From an uncultured virus (IMG/VR IMGVR_UViG_3300030108_001449) (Duplodnaviria; Heunggongvirae; Uroviricota; Caudoviricetes), in the IMG/VR virus record IMGVR_UViG_3300030108_001449: 64,000 bases of DNA; one strand, written 5' to 3'. Position 1 is the stretch's first letter, and the number at the start of each line of letters is the position of its first letter. Made by a program: the position numbers and the translations under genes. Below are positions 63,919 through 64,000 of this stretch, in pieces. A model generated the notes under the pieces. It was not told the origin of the DNA. It saw nothing but the letters and a program-made list of their open reading frames with translations, and searched no databases.

Positions 63919-64000
63919 TTACGCGCCCGGAGTTCCGAACACGGCCCTCCAATCAGACACACCGAAAGAGTATCTTTCGCGAGCCTTGAACCGCATATTT
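63919..64000 (-). CDS. Major capsid protein, C-terminal end (genome B)
   Basis: NMRFKARERYSFGVSDWRAVFGTPGA* aligns with NIRYKARERYSFGFSDWRGVYGSQGA* of 42423..43340. Confidence 0.9.
   Translation of the reverse strand, partial: NMRFKARERYSFGVSDWRAVFGTPGA

Noticed and set aside
1..64000. Alternative genetic code, tRNA genes or prophage-host junctions
   Set aside because: Genes are intact and tightly coupled under the standard code with all three stops in use; no cloverleaf or bacterial gene was recognised by eye, and a tRNA scan was not run.

Overview
The window is entirely bacteriophage DNA: no host housekeeping genes, rRNA, tRNA or CRISPR array were recognised. It resembles an uncultured aquatic podovirus-like phage with a Mu-gpT-family-like major capsid, probably infecting a proteobacterium (spanins, sigma70 promoters, IHF-consensus sites). 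Bases 1-95 recur exactly at 56427-56521, so 1-56426 closes into an apparently complete 56,426-bp circle (genome A). Genome A carries an early/accessory region under a repeated TTGCAT/TGGACA-(A)CGACAC promoter family, replication genes (Toprim-VirE primase, SSB, RecE-like nuclease, Hjc-like resolvase, no recognisable DNA polymerase), packaging, head, tail, ejection and lysis genes. Beyond about 56.5 kb the sequence continues into a second, diverged capsid-to-tail-fibre module with a different oligonucleotide signature (genome B), most likely an assembly chimera joined in a shared tail-fibre gene. The most interesting candidate system is a set of polymorphic-toxin-like phage effectors. A RelA/SpoT-like synthetase (1935-3281) and an ADP-ribosyltransferase-like protein (11306-12847) share an N-terminal acidic D-x-I-D-[IP]-F-E tag with a putative ejection protein. 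The synthetase gene carries a small acidic gene nested antisense in its 3' end (candidate immunity), and an early-expressed HD alarmone hydrolase lies nearby. All family assignments come from motif recognition by eye; no searches were run.
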